Below, piece after piece: positions 1 to 10,303 of a DNA stretch of 64,000 nucleotides. Where the stretch lies: the NCBI GenBank assembly GCA_963815455.1, contig CAWFGO010000003.1:96001-160000 (forward strand). Direction: 5' to 3'. Position 1 is the stretch's first letter; the number at the start of each line of letters is the position of its first letter. A program made the translations under genes and the position numbers. The notes under the pieces are model-generated. The model did not search any database. It had not been told where the DNA came from and was given only the letters and a program-made list of their open reading frames with translations. The stretch comes from an uncultured Verrucomicrobiae bacterium. GTDB lineage: Bacteria; Verrucomicrobiota; Verrucomicrobiia; Chthoniobacterales; UBA10450.

Positions 1-78
1 GCCACGGAACTCGGTTTGGGCCTGAATTTTCGGACCGAAGAGTTTGCTGAGCGAGGCGAGGAGTTCGGGGCCGGTCAT
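1..78 (-). CDS. nuoC: NADH-quinone oxidoreductase subunit C, N-terminal part (runs off window)
   Basis: Hand translation from ATG at 78: MTGPELLASLSKLFGPKIQAQTEFRG; directly downstream of nuoB. Confidence 0.7.
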   Translation of the reverse strand, partial: MTGPELLASLSKLFGPKIQAQTEFRG

Positions 79-88
79 GTTAAGGAGC

Positions 89-116
89 GTTGAGGGTTGA
101 GAGTTGAGGGTTGAGC
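89..116. repeat. Heptamer tandem repeat GTTGAGN x4 between nuoB and nuoC
   Basis: GTTGAGG GTTGAGA GTTGAGG GTTGAGC. Confidence 0.85.
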
Positions 117-127
117 GAAAAGCGCGG

Positions 128-661
128 TTATACGAAGCCCTCGATCTTCTCGGTCAATTCCGGCCTGTGCGCGGCAAACGATTTTTCGCGGCCAATTTTC
201 TCCTGCAATTTCATCAAGCCTTCGAGCAATGCTTCCGGACGCGGTGGACAACCGGAAATGTAAACATCGACAGGGAGAAGCTGATCGATGCCTTGAAGAA
301 CCGCGTAGGAGCGATACATGCCGCCGCTGGAGGCGCATGCGCCCATGGCGATCACCCATTTCGGTTCGGGCATTTGCTCGTAAATGCGTTTCACGGCCAG
401 CGCCATCTTGTAGGTGACAGTCCCGGCGACGATCATCACGTCGCATTGCCGCGGCGAGAAACGCATCACTTCGGCGCCGAACCGGGAGATGTCGAAGCGC
501 GAGGCGGCCGTGGCCATTAACTCAATTGCGCAGCAGGCCAGGCCCATCGGCATCGGCCAGAGCGAATTCTTGTGGACCCAATTAAGCGCAGCGTCGAAGC
601 GGGTAAAAATCACATTACCTTCGATTTTCGAATCGTAGGCGGTCGAAAGAGCTTCTGCCAT
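128..661 (-). CDS. nuoB: NADH-quinone oxidoreductase subunit B
   Basis: [16 protein letters not shown] and GCPPRPE motifs; ATG at 661. Confidence 0.97.
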   Translation of the reverse strand: MAEALSTAYDSKIEGNVIFTRFDAALNWVHKNSLWPMPMGLACCAIELMATAASRFDISRFGAEVMRFSPRQCDVMIVAGTVTYKMALAVKRIYEQMPEPKWVIAMGACASSGGMYRSYAVLQGIDQLLPVDVYISGCPPRPEALLEGLMKLQEKIGREKSFAAHRPELTEKIEGFV

Positions 662-758
662 AGCGAACCCTAGGATTAGGCACAGGGCGCGCAAGGAAAA
701 TTCGGCCGCGTTGCAGCGAAACGCACTTCACTGTATAGAACGTGCTCTTGTTACCGTC

Positions 759-1574
759 ATGGCTTTAGTTCGCACGCATCTCGACCAACTCGAAAACCAG
801 AGCATCTTCATTTTTCGTGAGGCCTATCACTTCTTTAAAAACATTGCCATGCCCTGGTCGATGGGGAAAGATTCGAACGTTCTTGTTTGGCTGGCGCGCA
901 AAGCTTTTTTCGGCCGGGTGCCGTTTCCCGTTCTGCACATCGACACGACCTACGAATTTCCGGAAATGCTGGAGTTCCGGGAGTGGGCGACGAAGCATTA
1001 TCAGCTCAAATTGGTCGTCAAAATCAACACCGAGGCCCGGGAGCGCGGCATCGGTTACGAAACGCATGATCCCGTCACGGTGACCCACGAGCTGAAGACG
1101 GTGGCGTTGCAACAGGTGCTGGCCGAACACAAATGGGACGCGCTGATCACAGGGATCCGCCGCGACGAGGATCCGACCCGGGCCAAGGAGCGATATTTTT
1201 CACCGCGCAATGCGCAGTTCGAATGGGACTACAAGGATCAACCGCCGGAGTTTTGGGGACAATTCGCTACCACGGCGACCAAGGGCGAGCACGTTCGGGT
1301 GCAACCATTGCTCGATTGGACGGAGGTCGATGTCTGGCGTTACATCCAGCGCGAAAATATTCCGATCCCGCAGATGTATTTCGCACGGGAGGGCAAGCGG
1401 TTTCGATCGTTGGGCTGCAAACCGATTACTCAGCCGATCGAGAGCACAGCATCGACAATCGACGAAATCATTTCCGAACTGGAAGCTTCAAAGACAACCG
1501 AGCGCGCCGGTCGCGCCCAGGACCATTACGAGCGCAACGCGATGCAGAAACTGCGCGCAAAAGGCTTTCTATAA
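759..1574 (+). CDS. cysD: Sulfate adenylyltransferase subunit 2
   Basis: SMGKDS, GIRRDEDPTRAKER and RSLGC motifs. Confidence 0.96.
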   Translation: MALVRTHLDQLENQSIFIFREAYHFFKNIAMPWSMGKDSNVLVWLARKAFFGRVPFPVLHIDTTYEFPEMLEFREWATKHYQLKLVVKINTEARERGIGYETHDPVTVTHELKTVALQQVLAEHKWDALITGIRRDEDPTRAKERYFSPRNAQFEWDYKDQPPEFWGQFATTATKGEHVRVQPLLDWTEVDVWRYIQRENIPIPQMYFAREGKRFRSLGCKPITQPIESTASTIDEIISELEASKTTERAGRAQDHYERNAMQKLRAKGFL

Positions 1575-1575
1575 T

Positions 1576-2018
1576 TGCGGAGCGCGGAATGCGGATTCAA
1601 GAATGAACCCATGACAACACAGGAGCTTAGACAGCGCACATTCAAATTCGGGATTCGCGTGGTTCATGCCGTTGAGGCCTTGCCAAAGGGCGACACGGCC
1701 AGAGAGATCGGACGACAGCTCTTACGGGCTGGCACGTCAGTTGGGGCTAACTATCGAGCAACGGCGCGGGCAAAATCCCGCGCTGATTTTGTGGCTAAAC
1801 TCGGGATTGTCGAAGAAGAATGCGATGAAGGCGCCTACTGGATGGAGGTAATCATCGCGCTCAAGCTCCTTAGGCCTTCGCGGCTTGCCGGGCTCCAGGC
1901 GGAAGCCAATGAATTATTAGCAATTGTCGTTGCATCCATCAAAACGGCGCGTCGCGGTGCCCGGTCCTGAATTCATGGAGCAGTCTCTAGATCCGCAATC
2001 CGCGATCCGCGATCCGAA
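1576..2018. repeat. Inverted heptamer repeat arms flanking the four-helix-bundle gene
   Basis: Left arm TGCGGAG CGCGGAA TGCGGAT (1576-1596); right arm ATCCGCA ATCCGCG ATCCGCG ATCCGAA (1991-2018). Confidence 0.8.
1611..1970 (+). CDS. Four helix bundle protein (23S rRNA IVS protein family)
   Basis: [15 protein letters not shown]...[20 protein letters not shown] signature. Confidence 0.93.
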   Translation: MTTQELRQRTFKFGIRVVHAVEALPKGDTAREIGRQLLRAGTSVGANYRATARAKSRADFVAKLGIVEEECDEGAYWMEVIIALKLLRPSRLAGLQAEANELLAIVVASIKTARRGARS

Positions 2019-3867
2019 ATTGAAGGTCGTTTTCGTCGGTCATGTCGATCACGGCAAATCGACGCTGATTGGGCGAATCCTGCACGACACCGATTCGTTG
2101 CCCGAAGGCAAGATCGACATGGTGAAAAAAGCGTGCGCGGCCGAGGGGATGGAATTTGAATACGCGTTCGTTCTCGACGCGCTGCTGGAGGAGCAAAAAC
2201 AAAACGTTACGATCGATACGACGCAGATTCCGTTTCGCACTGCGCGGCGTCAGTACGTCATTATCGACGCGCCGGGTCACAAAGAGTTCCTGAAAAACAT
2301 GATCACCGGCGCATCCAGCGCCGACGCCGCCATTTTAGTGATCGCGGCGAACGAGGGCGTGCGCGAACAGAGCCGGCGACATGCTTATCTGCTGGGACTC
2401 CTCGGGATTCGGCAACTCCTCGTGGTGGTAAACAAAATGGATCTGGCGAATTTTTCCGAGGAGCGGTTTCGCCATATCGAAAAGGAGTACCGAAAGTTTC
2501 TTGTCGATCTTGGATTGGAGCCGCGCGCGTTCATTCCCGCCTCGGCCAAGCAAGGCGAGAACGTCGCGAGCGCGGGAATGAAAATGAAATGGTATTGCGG
2601 GGCGAGCGTGCTGGAAGCGCTCGATCTTTTCGAGTCGCGCGCATCCGATGTGAACATGCCGCTGCGTTTCTGCATTCAGGACATTTACCGATTCGACGAA
2701 CGACGGATCATCGCCGGACGCATCGAGACGGGAAAGTTGAGGGTGGGGGACAAGTTGGTGTTTTCGCCGGCCAATAAATCATCTACAATCGCTACCATCG
2801 AACGCGGGAACGGTTCGGGTGATGACGAGTCGATCGCGGGCGATTCCATCGGGGTCACCTTGAGCGAGCAGATTTTCGTCGAGCGGGGCTATGTTGCGTC
2901 GCACGAAAACGATACCCCGATTGAAGCGAACCGATTTCGCGCGGACCTTTTCTGGATTGTGCCGGCGCCGTTGCAGGTTGGCCGGCTTTACGATTTGCGC
3001 CTGGCGACGCAGGAAGTGAAATGCCAGGTGGTGTCGATCGAGGAAGTAATGGATTCATCCACGCTCGATCGCAGGACCGATAACTGTGAGCGGCTGGAAC
3101 GTAACGAAGTCGGCCGGCTAACGATTCAGACGCGGGCTCCGCTGGTTCTCGACAACCACGATCGCATCCCGAATCTCGGGCGGTTTGTGATCTCCGACGA
3201 TGGCCAGATCTGCGGTGGCGGCACGGTTTTCGGCGGGGTCTACACGGATCGCGCCGCAGTGAAGAGCCAGAATATTTTTTGGACCGAAGAAAAGATCTCT
3301 GCGCGCGAACGGGCGAAACGAAGCGGGCATCGCGGCGCGGTCATTTGGTTTACCGGTCTTTCCGGCGCCGGAAAATCGACAATCGCTCAGGCACTGGAAC
3401 GCGAGCTGTTCAATCGCGCGATGCACACCTACGTCCTCGACGGCGACAATATTCGGCACGGGCTGAACTCGAATCTCGGTTTTTCGCCCGATGATCGTGA
3501 GGAGAACATTCGTCGGGTGAGCGAAGTGGCAAAGCTAATGGCGGATGCCGGAACGGTCGTGATCACCGCCTTCATTTCGCCCTATCGAACGGATCGACGC
3601 CGTGCCCGAGAGATCGCTCTGGAAGGCAAGGCCGAGTTTATCGAAGTTTTTGTGGATGCGCCCCTGTCGGTATGTGAGGCGCGCGACCCGAAAAATCTCT
3701 ACAAGAAAGCGCGGGCCGGCGAGATTCGTGACTTTACCGGAATCGACGCTCCCTACGAAGCGCCCGAGGATCCGGAAATCGTCGTGCACACCGACCAGCA
3801 AAGCGTGGATGAATCGGCCGCCGCGATTCTGGAACAATTGCTGCCGCGGCTCAGGGCAGGAGAATAG
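1975..3867 (+). CDS. cysNC: Bifunctional sulfate adenylyltransferase subunit 1 / APS kinase
   Basis: [14 protein letters not shown] and NKMD GTPase motifs; C-terminal GLSGAGKST and LDGDNIR APS kinase motifs. Confidence 0.96.
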   Translation: MEQSLDPQSAIRDPKLKVVFVGHVDHGKSTLIGRILHDTDSLPEGKIDMVKKACAAEGMEFEYAFVLDALLEEQKQNVTIDTTQIPFRTARRQYVIIDAPGHKEFLKNMITGASSADAAILVIAANEGVREQSRRHAYLLGLLGIRQLLVVVNKMDLANFSEERFRHIEKEYRKFLVDLGLEPRAFIPASAKQGENVASAGMKMKWYCGASVLEALDLFESRASDVNMPLRFCIQDIYRFDERRIIAGRIETGKLRVGDKLVFSPANKSSTIATIERGNGSGDDESIAGDSIGVTLSEQIFVERGYVASHENDTPIEANRFRADLFWIVPAPLQVGRLYDLRLATQEVKCQVVSIEEVMDSSTLDRRTDNCERLERNEVGRLTIQTRAPLVLDNHDRIPNLGRFVISDDGQICGGGTVFGGVYTDRAAVKSQNIFWTEEKISARERAKRSGHRGAVIWFTGLSGAGKSTIAQALERELFNRAMHTYVLDGDNIRHGLNSNLGFSPDDREENIRRVSEVAKLMADAGTVVITAFISPYRTDRRRAREIALEGKAEFIEVFVDAPLSVCEARDPKNLYKKARAGEIRDFTGIDAPYEAPEDPEIVVHTDQQSVDESAAAILEQLLPRLRAGE

Positions 3868-3881
3868 CTGCACGTTTGCCG

Positions 3882-4331
3882 ATGCCGGATGTCGATCTTC
3901 GGATTCGTGATGCGAAACTGAGCGATGCAAGCGCGCTCGCCCTGCTCATATCGGAGCTTGGTTATGCCACGACGCCAGAGGAAATGAAATTGCGGTTGCG
4001 ATCGATTCTCGGAACTCCCGCCTACAAGACACTGGTGGCAGAAGTGGATGGCGAAGTCCGCGGGATGATCGGGACGCTTTTTCAACCCGGCTACGAACAG
4101 AACGATCTGGGCGGGCGGATCTGCGCGCTGGTCGTATCGAGGCGGACACGAAGGCGTGGCATTGGCCGGGCTCTCATCGCGGCGGCGGAAAAGGATTTTG
4201 CGGAGAAGGGCGTGAAGCGAATTGCTTTGACCACGCGCCTCGCCCGCACAGAGGCGCACCGATTTTACGAAACGCTCGGCTACGAGCGGAATGGGTGGCG
4301 ATTTGTGAAGGAACTGCCGCCTACGGTTTGA
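3882..4331 (+). CDS. GNAT family N-acetyltransferase
   Basis: RRRGIGRALI motif A; AHRFYETLGY. Confidence 0.9.
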   Translation: MPDVDLRIRDAKLSDASALALLISELGYATTPEEMKLRLRSILGTPAYKTLVAEVDGEVRGMIGTLFQPGYEQNDLGGRICALVVSRRTRRRGIGRALIAAAEKDFAEKGVKRIALTTRLARTEAHRFYETLGYERNGWRFVKELPPTV

Positions 4332-4338
4332 ACCGACT

Positions 4339-7300
4339 CTAGGCGACTCGCGTTGCCAGCCGGCCGCCATCGATTGACTCGCCATAGTTCACATGGCTCG
4401 AGCTAATCACCTCGTGAACGATCTTGCCGAGGTCGGCAGCTTCGTAAGGCTTGGCGATGACTCCTCGGAAACCGAAGTCTTGATAGCGGCTCATGGTTGC
4501 GTCGGTCGCGTAGCCACTGGAGACGATGGCATTCACGGTGGGATCGATTTCAATCAACTTCTTTAAAGCTTCCTTGCCACCCATGCCTCCGGGCAGGGTG
4601 AGATCGAGAATAACGGTGTCAAAACGTTCGCCGGCCTCGAATCTCTCCTGGTAAATGTTCACGCCTTCGAGCGCGGTAGCGGCCTGGGTTACCTGGTAGC
4701 CGAGCCGGGTGAGCGTAAATTCGACAAGAGCACGAATGGCTTCCTCATCATCAACCACCAGGACGCGACCGCTGCCAGTCATCGCCTGAGTGAACGTGGT
4801 TGGCGGCTCGACCGGCAGCTCCTGGTGCAGCGCCGCCGGGAGATAGACATTGAAAGTAGAACCGAGATGCACCTCCGACTCGGCCGTGATAAGGCCATTA
4901 TGGCTCTTGACGATCGAGTAACTGGTGGCCAGACCGAGGCCGTTGCCCTTCGGTTTCGTCGTGAAATAGGGATCGAAGATGCGTTTGAGATATTGTTCGG
5001 GAATCCCGACGCCCTCATCCCGGATACGGATGCGAATGTAATCGCCGGGCGGCAAGTCGGGAATAACTGGCGTGGTGGTCGAGTCGTAGCGGGTGTTTTC
5101 GCAGCTTACGTGCAGCGTTCCGCCATTGGGCATCGCCTGGTCGGCGTTGACGACCAGATTGGCAATGACCTGGCTGATCTGGCCAGGATCGATTTCCGCC
5201 GGCCAGAGATCTGCCCCGAAAGAAAATTGGCTCCGGCTGTGACTGCCGCGAAGCGAGAAACTGACCGTGTCCTGGATGAGCTTCCCAATCGAGGTGGTCT
5301 TCTTGATCGGAGCGCCGCCGCGGGCAAAAGTGAGAAGTTGCTGTGCGAGATCGCGCGCCCGCATGGAAGCATTCTTGGCATCGACCAGGCGTGTCGCCAT
5401 TTCGTCGTCTGGAGGCAGAAGGAGTGAGGCGAGCGAAATGTTGCCGATGATGGCGGTAAGAAGGTTGTTGAAATCGTGGGCGATGCCTCCGGCAAGCAAT
5501 CCGAGTTGCTCGAGTGTTTCCGCCTTTCGCCGTTCGGCTTCGTTGCGTTGGCGTTCGGTGATGTCGCGAAAAACGAGGACCACGCCCGCGACTTCGTTCT
5601 TGCTGTCGCGAATCGGCGACGCCACCTGCTCGATCGTTCGCTCGCTGCTATCGCGTGAAACGAGGGTGGCATTTTCCGGCAGGCTGAGCAGGATCGACTG
5701 CGCTTCATTGCGATATCCACTCTGCTGAGCGCGCGCTTGGGCGGCAAGATCGACAACGATGTTGAAGACAGACTTGAGGGGTTTCGAGATTGCTTCGTCG
5801 GTAGACCAGCCGGTGAGCCGCTCGGCTTCGTTGTTCATCATGATCACCCGGCCCTGCACATCGGTGGTGATAACGCCGTCGCCAATCGAGCGCAGAGTGA
5901 CGGCCAGACTCTCTTTTTCCGCGGCGATTTCTTTCTCGAACCGTTTGCGCTCGGTCACGTCGCGCACCATTCCCACATAGAATTTCTGGTCGTCCACCAG
6001 CATCTCGCTCAGCGAAATTTCCGCAGGAAAACTAACCAGCTTCCGGGTGCGCCCGAGAGCCAGGGTGGTTGAGCCTGTGCGTTTGACCATTTCTCCCCAT
6101 GCGATGGCCATCGGCTTGTCATCCGGTTCGGTTCTCGTACCATTTCGGAACCAGCTTGGTAAATTTGTACCCGACCATTTCGTTCTCGCGGTAACCGAAC
6201 ATTTTTTCCGCGGCCGGATTCATGGAGCAAATCACACCGTTCTCGTCCACCGTGATCATGCCATCGAGAATGTTCTCGATGATCGAGCGGATGCGCGTTT
6301 CGACCCCTTCCAATTTGGAAAGCTGGCCGCGGACCAGTGCGAAACTATAGCCGTTTGAAACAACCAGCAGTGCGACGGCGAGGAAAGCCAGGCAGCCAAG
6401 CACCGATGTCTTAATCACGCGTTCCCGACTCGCCGCGACTGTGCGCCTTTCGTAAGTCGATAACTCGTTCTTCTCCAGGGTGGCAATCATTTCGCGGATA
6501 TCGGCCATCAACGCTTCGCCGTCATCGCTGGAGGCGAGAGACGAGACATTCTGACTAGTGCGTTTGGCGTCCATTTCCGGGGTGGCGATGGTATTGATCC
6601 AGCGATCGAGATTTGAACGAATCTCGGCCAGTCGCTGGGCCTGTGCGGGCGCATTGGCCACCAGCACCGAGAGATAACCATCGTAAGTATAAAAGTCCAA
6701 GAGCGACCGCTTGTAGGACTCGACAAAAGTGGGCTCGCCTGTAAGCAGATAGCCCCGCTTTTCCTTCTGCATTTCCAAAACTGAGCGCTCTAGCTTGGGT
6801 AGAAAATTAAGAATTTGAGCGGACTGGGCCGACCATTCCTGTTCCACCATTCGTTGATTCAGAGCGATTTGTTCCTCATCTTGGAGCGATTGCAGGACCT
6901 CGCGGGCCTGATTAAGCAACGAATTCCCTGCTGTCACCCCCTTGGCGGCGGCTGTGATCTCCGATTTGCCCGTCTTGTCGTTGGTTCGACCGGCCTGCAG
7001 TTCCGGTAACACGCTGGCGATCCAATTTTGGACAACATCCTGCACCTTCATCAGCCGTTTGCGCTGGCTCGCGCTATCCAGGACTAACGCGGTTAACGCT
7101 TCCATCCGCTGCTTGATCGACTCCCGATGTTCGTTGAACGACGCAATGTATTCCGGCTTGTCCATTAGCAAGAATCCTCGATGCCCGGTCTCGAGCGCGG
7201 CGATGTCGTTCTCGATCAGACTGCTTAGACGCATCACCTCAATCGTGTGGGTGCGCATCACATCCTGGTAATGATTGCGAATGGTCACATAAAGAAAGAT

Positions 7301-7507
7301 GCCGGCCAGCAGGATGATCACGGTGACACCGGCAGCCGTGCCGGAGAGGACCTTGAAATGGAAATGTTGCTGGCTGAAAAGCCAGGAGGCGCTTCGGTGA
7401 AACAAGCCGAAGAGGCCCCGCTTTTTCGTATCGATCTGTTTCGGCGATCGGTTTGGCCCATTATAATTACTAGAAAGCAGGTCTCCTGCCAATCCGAACT
7501 GGCTCAC
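4339..7507 (-). CDS. Hybrid sensor histidine kinase (2x CHASE3, PAS, HisKA, HATPase, REC), split by one frameshift near 6130
   Basis: ORFs 6119-7507 and 4339-6111 join when one base is removed (YEN-EPDDKPMAIAW); GIAHDFNN, GxGLGL and receiver DD/D/K motifs. Confidence 0.85.
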
Positions 7508-7539
7508 CGCTTCCGCGGTGCCCTAGCCCTGTAGCAATC

Positions 7540-8311
7540 TTAGTACCGAACACGCACCAGAAATAAACCTTCAGCGGGCGCCGCAACGCGGGTCGAACTG
7601 CCACGGCCGGAATCGAGCCTGTCCCGATCTGTTTAACGGTCGATTTGCCCATAGCACACTCCACCAACCCGCCCACCATCAGTCGAACCATCTTGTAGAG
7701 AAAACCATCGCCATCGAAATCTCGATCGTTACGCGCGATCCACTTCTGCGAGCCTGTACCGAATGAATTGTTCGCACCGTGTCTTGCTTTGCTGTCTGCC
7801 ATGGGATTTGGCGGATTTGCCGCGATTAGCGGCGAATCGGAGCAAAGTCGTGAGTGCCGACAAATTGCCCTTGCCGCTTCCTTTAATAATTCGAAATTCA
7901 ATGGCGCGATAACGTGCCATGCTCGCTCATATTCGAGCGGAGGCAGAACCTGCCCGGACCAAATCCTATAGCGATAAACTTTTCCCTTCGCGCGAAAAAC
8001 GCGCGTGAAATTGAGTGGAAACGTAGCGGCAACGAAGCACGCGAATTGCTGGCGGCAACAAAGCATTGAGCGCTCGCGGTCCAACGGGCGGCTGAGAACC
8101 GAGCGTTGACAACATCGACATGCGCACATTGAGCAAGCGCGTGAACCCCGGTATCGGTCCGGCCCGCTCCGTGGACCCGAGCACTTTCGCCGTTTACCCG
8201 CAGCAGGGCGCGCTCGAGATGATCCTGAACGGTGTTGCGATGGCTCTGGCTTTGCCAGCCCGCAAAGGGCGCGCCGTCGTATGCGATAATCAATTTGAGG
8301 CGTCGCGGCAT
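7540..8311 (-). CDS. truA: tRNA pseudouridine(38-40) synthase, with multiple frameshifts
   Basis: AYDG..FAGWQ, GRTDTGVHA, FHARF, FLYKMVR and PAEGLFL motifs spread across three frames. Confidence 0.85.
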
Positions 8312-8317
8312 CCGGCC

Positions 8318-8760
8318 TTAGTGCGAAGTTCCCTTCGCCATCTGCCGCTTCCTGACGCCGATCGAGATGACCTTGCAAGATCATTTGTGCCGCCACTTGA
8401 TCGACATAGCCGCGGGTGTCGCGGGTTTTCTTCCCGGCTTCACGCAACGCGCGATTCGCGGCCACTGTTGTCAGTCGTTCATCCCATGTAGCTACTTCGC
8501 ATGGAAGAAGCTGGCGCAGTTTTTCCACAAATTGTAACGCCTCGGTAGCGGCCGGGCCGATCTCGCCGCTCATTTGGCGAGGTATTCCCACAACGACTTG
8601 AGCAACGTCGCGCTCGCGGACAATCTCGGCGATCCGCGCCGCAGCCTGTTGGCCCGCTGCGAATGGTTTCCACCGGATGGGCCAACAGGCCCAGCTCATC
8701 GGAGATCGCCACCCCGATTCGCGCCTTGCCAAAATCAATTCCCAAGATCGGCTTCATCAC
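8318..8760 (-). CDS. ruvX: RuvX/YqgF pre-16S rRNA nuclease, frameshifted
   Basis: LGIDFGKARIGVAISD in one frame; VVGIP, WDERLTT and VDQVAAQMIL in another. Confidence 0.85.
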
Positions 8761-8772
8761 ACGGCGACCGGG

Positions 8773-9846
8773 TCATTGCAGCTCGGGCGGGAGTTTGTCT
8801 ATCAGGTTCTTGATCTTTTCGGCCTGATGCCGGTGACAAACCAGGATTGCGTCGCCGGTTCGCACCACAATCAAGTTGTGCACGCCGAGCAGTGCAATCG
8901 TTGTCCCGTCCTGATCGAAAACGATGTTGTTCGTAGAATCGATCGCCGTGACCGCGCAGTTGGCGGCGTTTTGCTGGTCGTCGCTCTTAAAGTATTTCGC
9001 GAGCGATCTCCAGCTGCCGATGTCGTCCCAATCGAACTCCGCTTCCACTACCAGCACGCGGTCGGCTTTTTCCATGATTGCGTAATCGAATGAAATCCGT
9101 GGCAGCTTGCTGAAGCGTTCGCGCAAGACTTTTTCGAATTTTCCCGGAGCGCGAAGCTGCGAAATAAAATCCGCCAACTCGGGCGCGTGCCGGTTGAACT
9201 CGCTCAACACCGTCGGCACCGACCAAACGAACATCCCGGCATTCCATCTAAAATTGCCTTTGCGCAAAAAGGACTCGGCCAGATCGGCATTCGGCTTTTC
9301 TCGAAACCGCACAACCCGGTGAACGCCATTCTTGCCCGTTCGGTTTTTCAAATGGACCTGCTCACCTTGCTCGATGTAGCCGTAACCGGGACAGGCCCAG
9401 GTCGGTTTTATTCCGATTGTCACCAGTTCGCCGGTTTCTTTCGCCGCCTCAGTGGCCAGGATCAGAGTCTTTTGGAACGCCGCGGCGTTCGAAATCAGAT
9501 GATCGGCTGGGAGCACCAGCATTGTGGCCGCGTGGTCGCGGGCCGCGATCCAGCCGGTGCCAAGCGCGACTGCCGCCGCTGTATCGCGCTTGTTCGGTTC
9601 GGACACGATGTTTTCCTTGGGAAACGCGCCCAACAGTTTCCGCACAGCCGTTTCCTGCTCGATATTCGTCAGGATCAGAATGTGTTCGCGGGGAACAAGT
9701 CCCTCCAATCGCGCCACTGTTTCTTCCAGCAACGCCTTCTTGGAAATCAGATTCAGCAATTGTTTCGGACGCGACCGCCGGCTCAACGGCCAGAAGCGCT
9801 CGCCGCTGCCACCAGCAAGGATCAGGGCGTAGATCGAATTGGACAT
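8773..9846 (-). CDS. manC: Mannose-1-phosphate guanylyltransferase
   Basis: LAGGSGERFWPLSR..RPKQ, FREKP, WNAGMF and WDDIGSW motifs. Confidence 0.93.
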   Translation of the reverse strand: MSNSIYALILAGGSGERFWPLSRRSRPKQLLNLISKKALLEETVARLEGLVPREHILILTNIEQETAVRKLLGAFPKENIVSEPNKRDTAAAVALGTGWIAARDHAATMLVLPADHLISNAAAFQKTLILATEAAKETGELVTIGIKPTWACPGYGYIEQGEQVHLKNRTGKNGVHRVVRFREKPNADLAESFLRKGNFRWNAGMFVWSVPTVLSEFNRHAPELADFISQLRAPGKFEKVLRERFSKLPRISFDYAIMEKADRVLVVEAEFDWDDIGSWRSLAKYFKSDDQQNAANCAVTAIDSTNNIVFDQDGTTIALLGVHNLIVVRTGDAILVCHRHQAEKIKNLIDKLPPELQ

Positions 9847-9936
9847 GTCGATGCTAAATTGAGCGCCGGCGGGATTCTCGTGACGGCATAGATTTTTCCG
9901 ATTTCTTTTTCCAAAACGCGACGTATAGGGTAGGCG

Positions 9937-10239
9937 ATGTCTCTCCCGTTATCCATTCCAAAAACCTCCGAGCAGGTTCCGCTCGACAGCTTGCTCACGC
10001 TAACGCGCACCGCGTTTGGCCTCGGCCTGGGAATTCTGGTGGCGGATAAAATAAAACAGCCGGCCCGGCAGGCGGCAGCCATCGTGCTCGTGTCCATCGG
10101 GGCGCTCGCTGCTGTGCCGTTGCTTGTGAAAGTCGCCCTGGAGCGAATCAATCGTCCCGAATCGGACCGGGGCAGCCGCGCTCGGTTGCGCTCCATTCGC
10201 GGCGCATCTGGCTATCCAAACGAGACCGGCATTTACTAA
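9937..10239 (+). CDS. Small hypothetical membrane protein
   Basis: Clean ORF filling the intergenic gap; two hydrophobic segments. Confidence 0.7.
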   Translation: MSLPLSIPKTSEQVPLDSLLTLTRTAFGLGLGILVADKIKQPARQAAAIVLVSIGALAAVPLLVKVALERINRPESDRGSRARLRSIRGASGYPNETGIY

Positions 10240-10303
10240 TCGGGCACTGGACCGGTCAATGCTTGATTCAAGCGGTCCGGCAGTTTAAGCCTCCTTCCGC
10301 GCC

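Noticed and set aside
7470..8738. 422-aa ORF as a RuvX-TruA fusion
   Set aside because: It is a patchwork of in-frame and out-of-frame segments created by indels.
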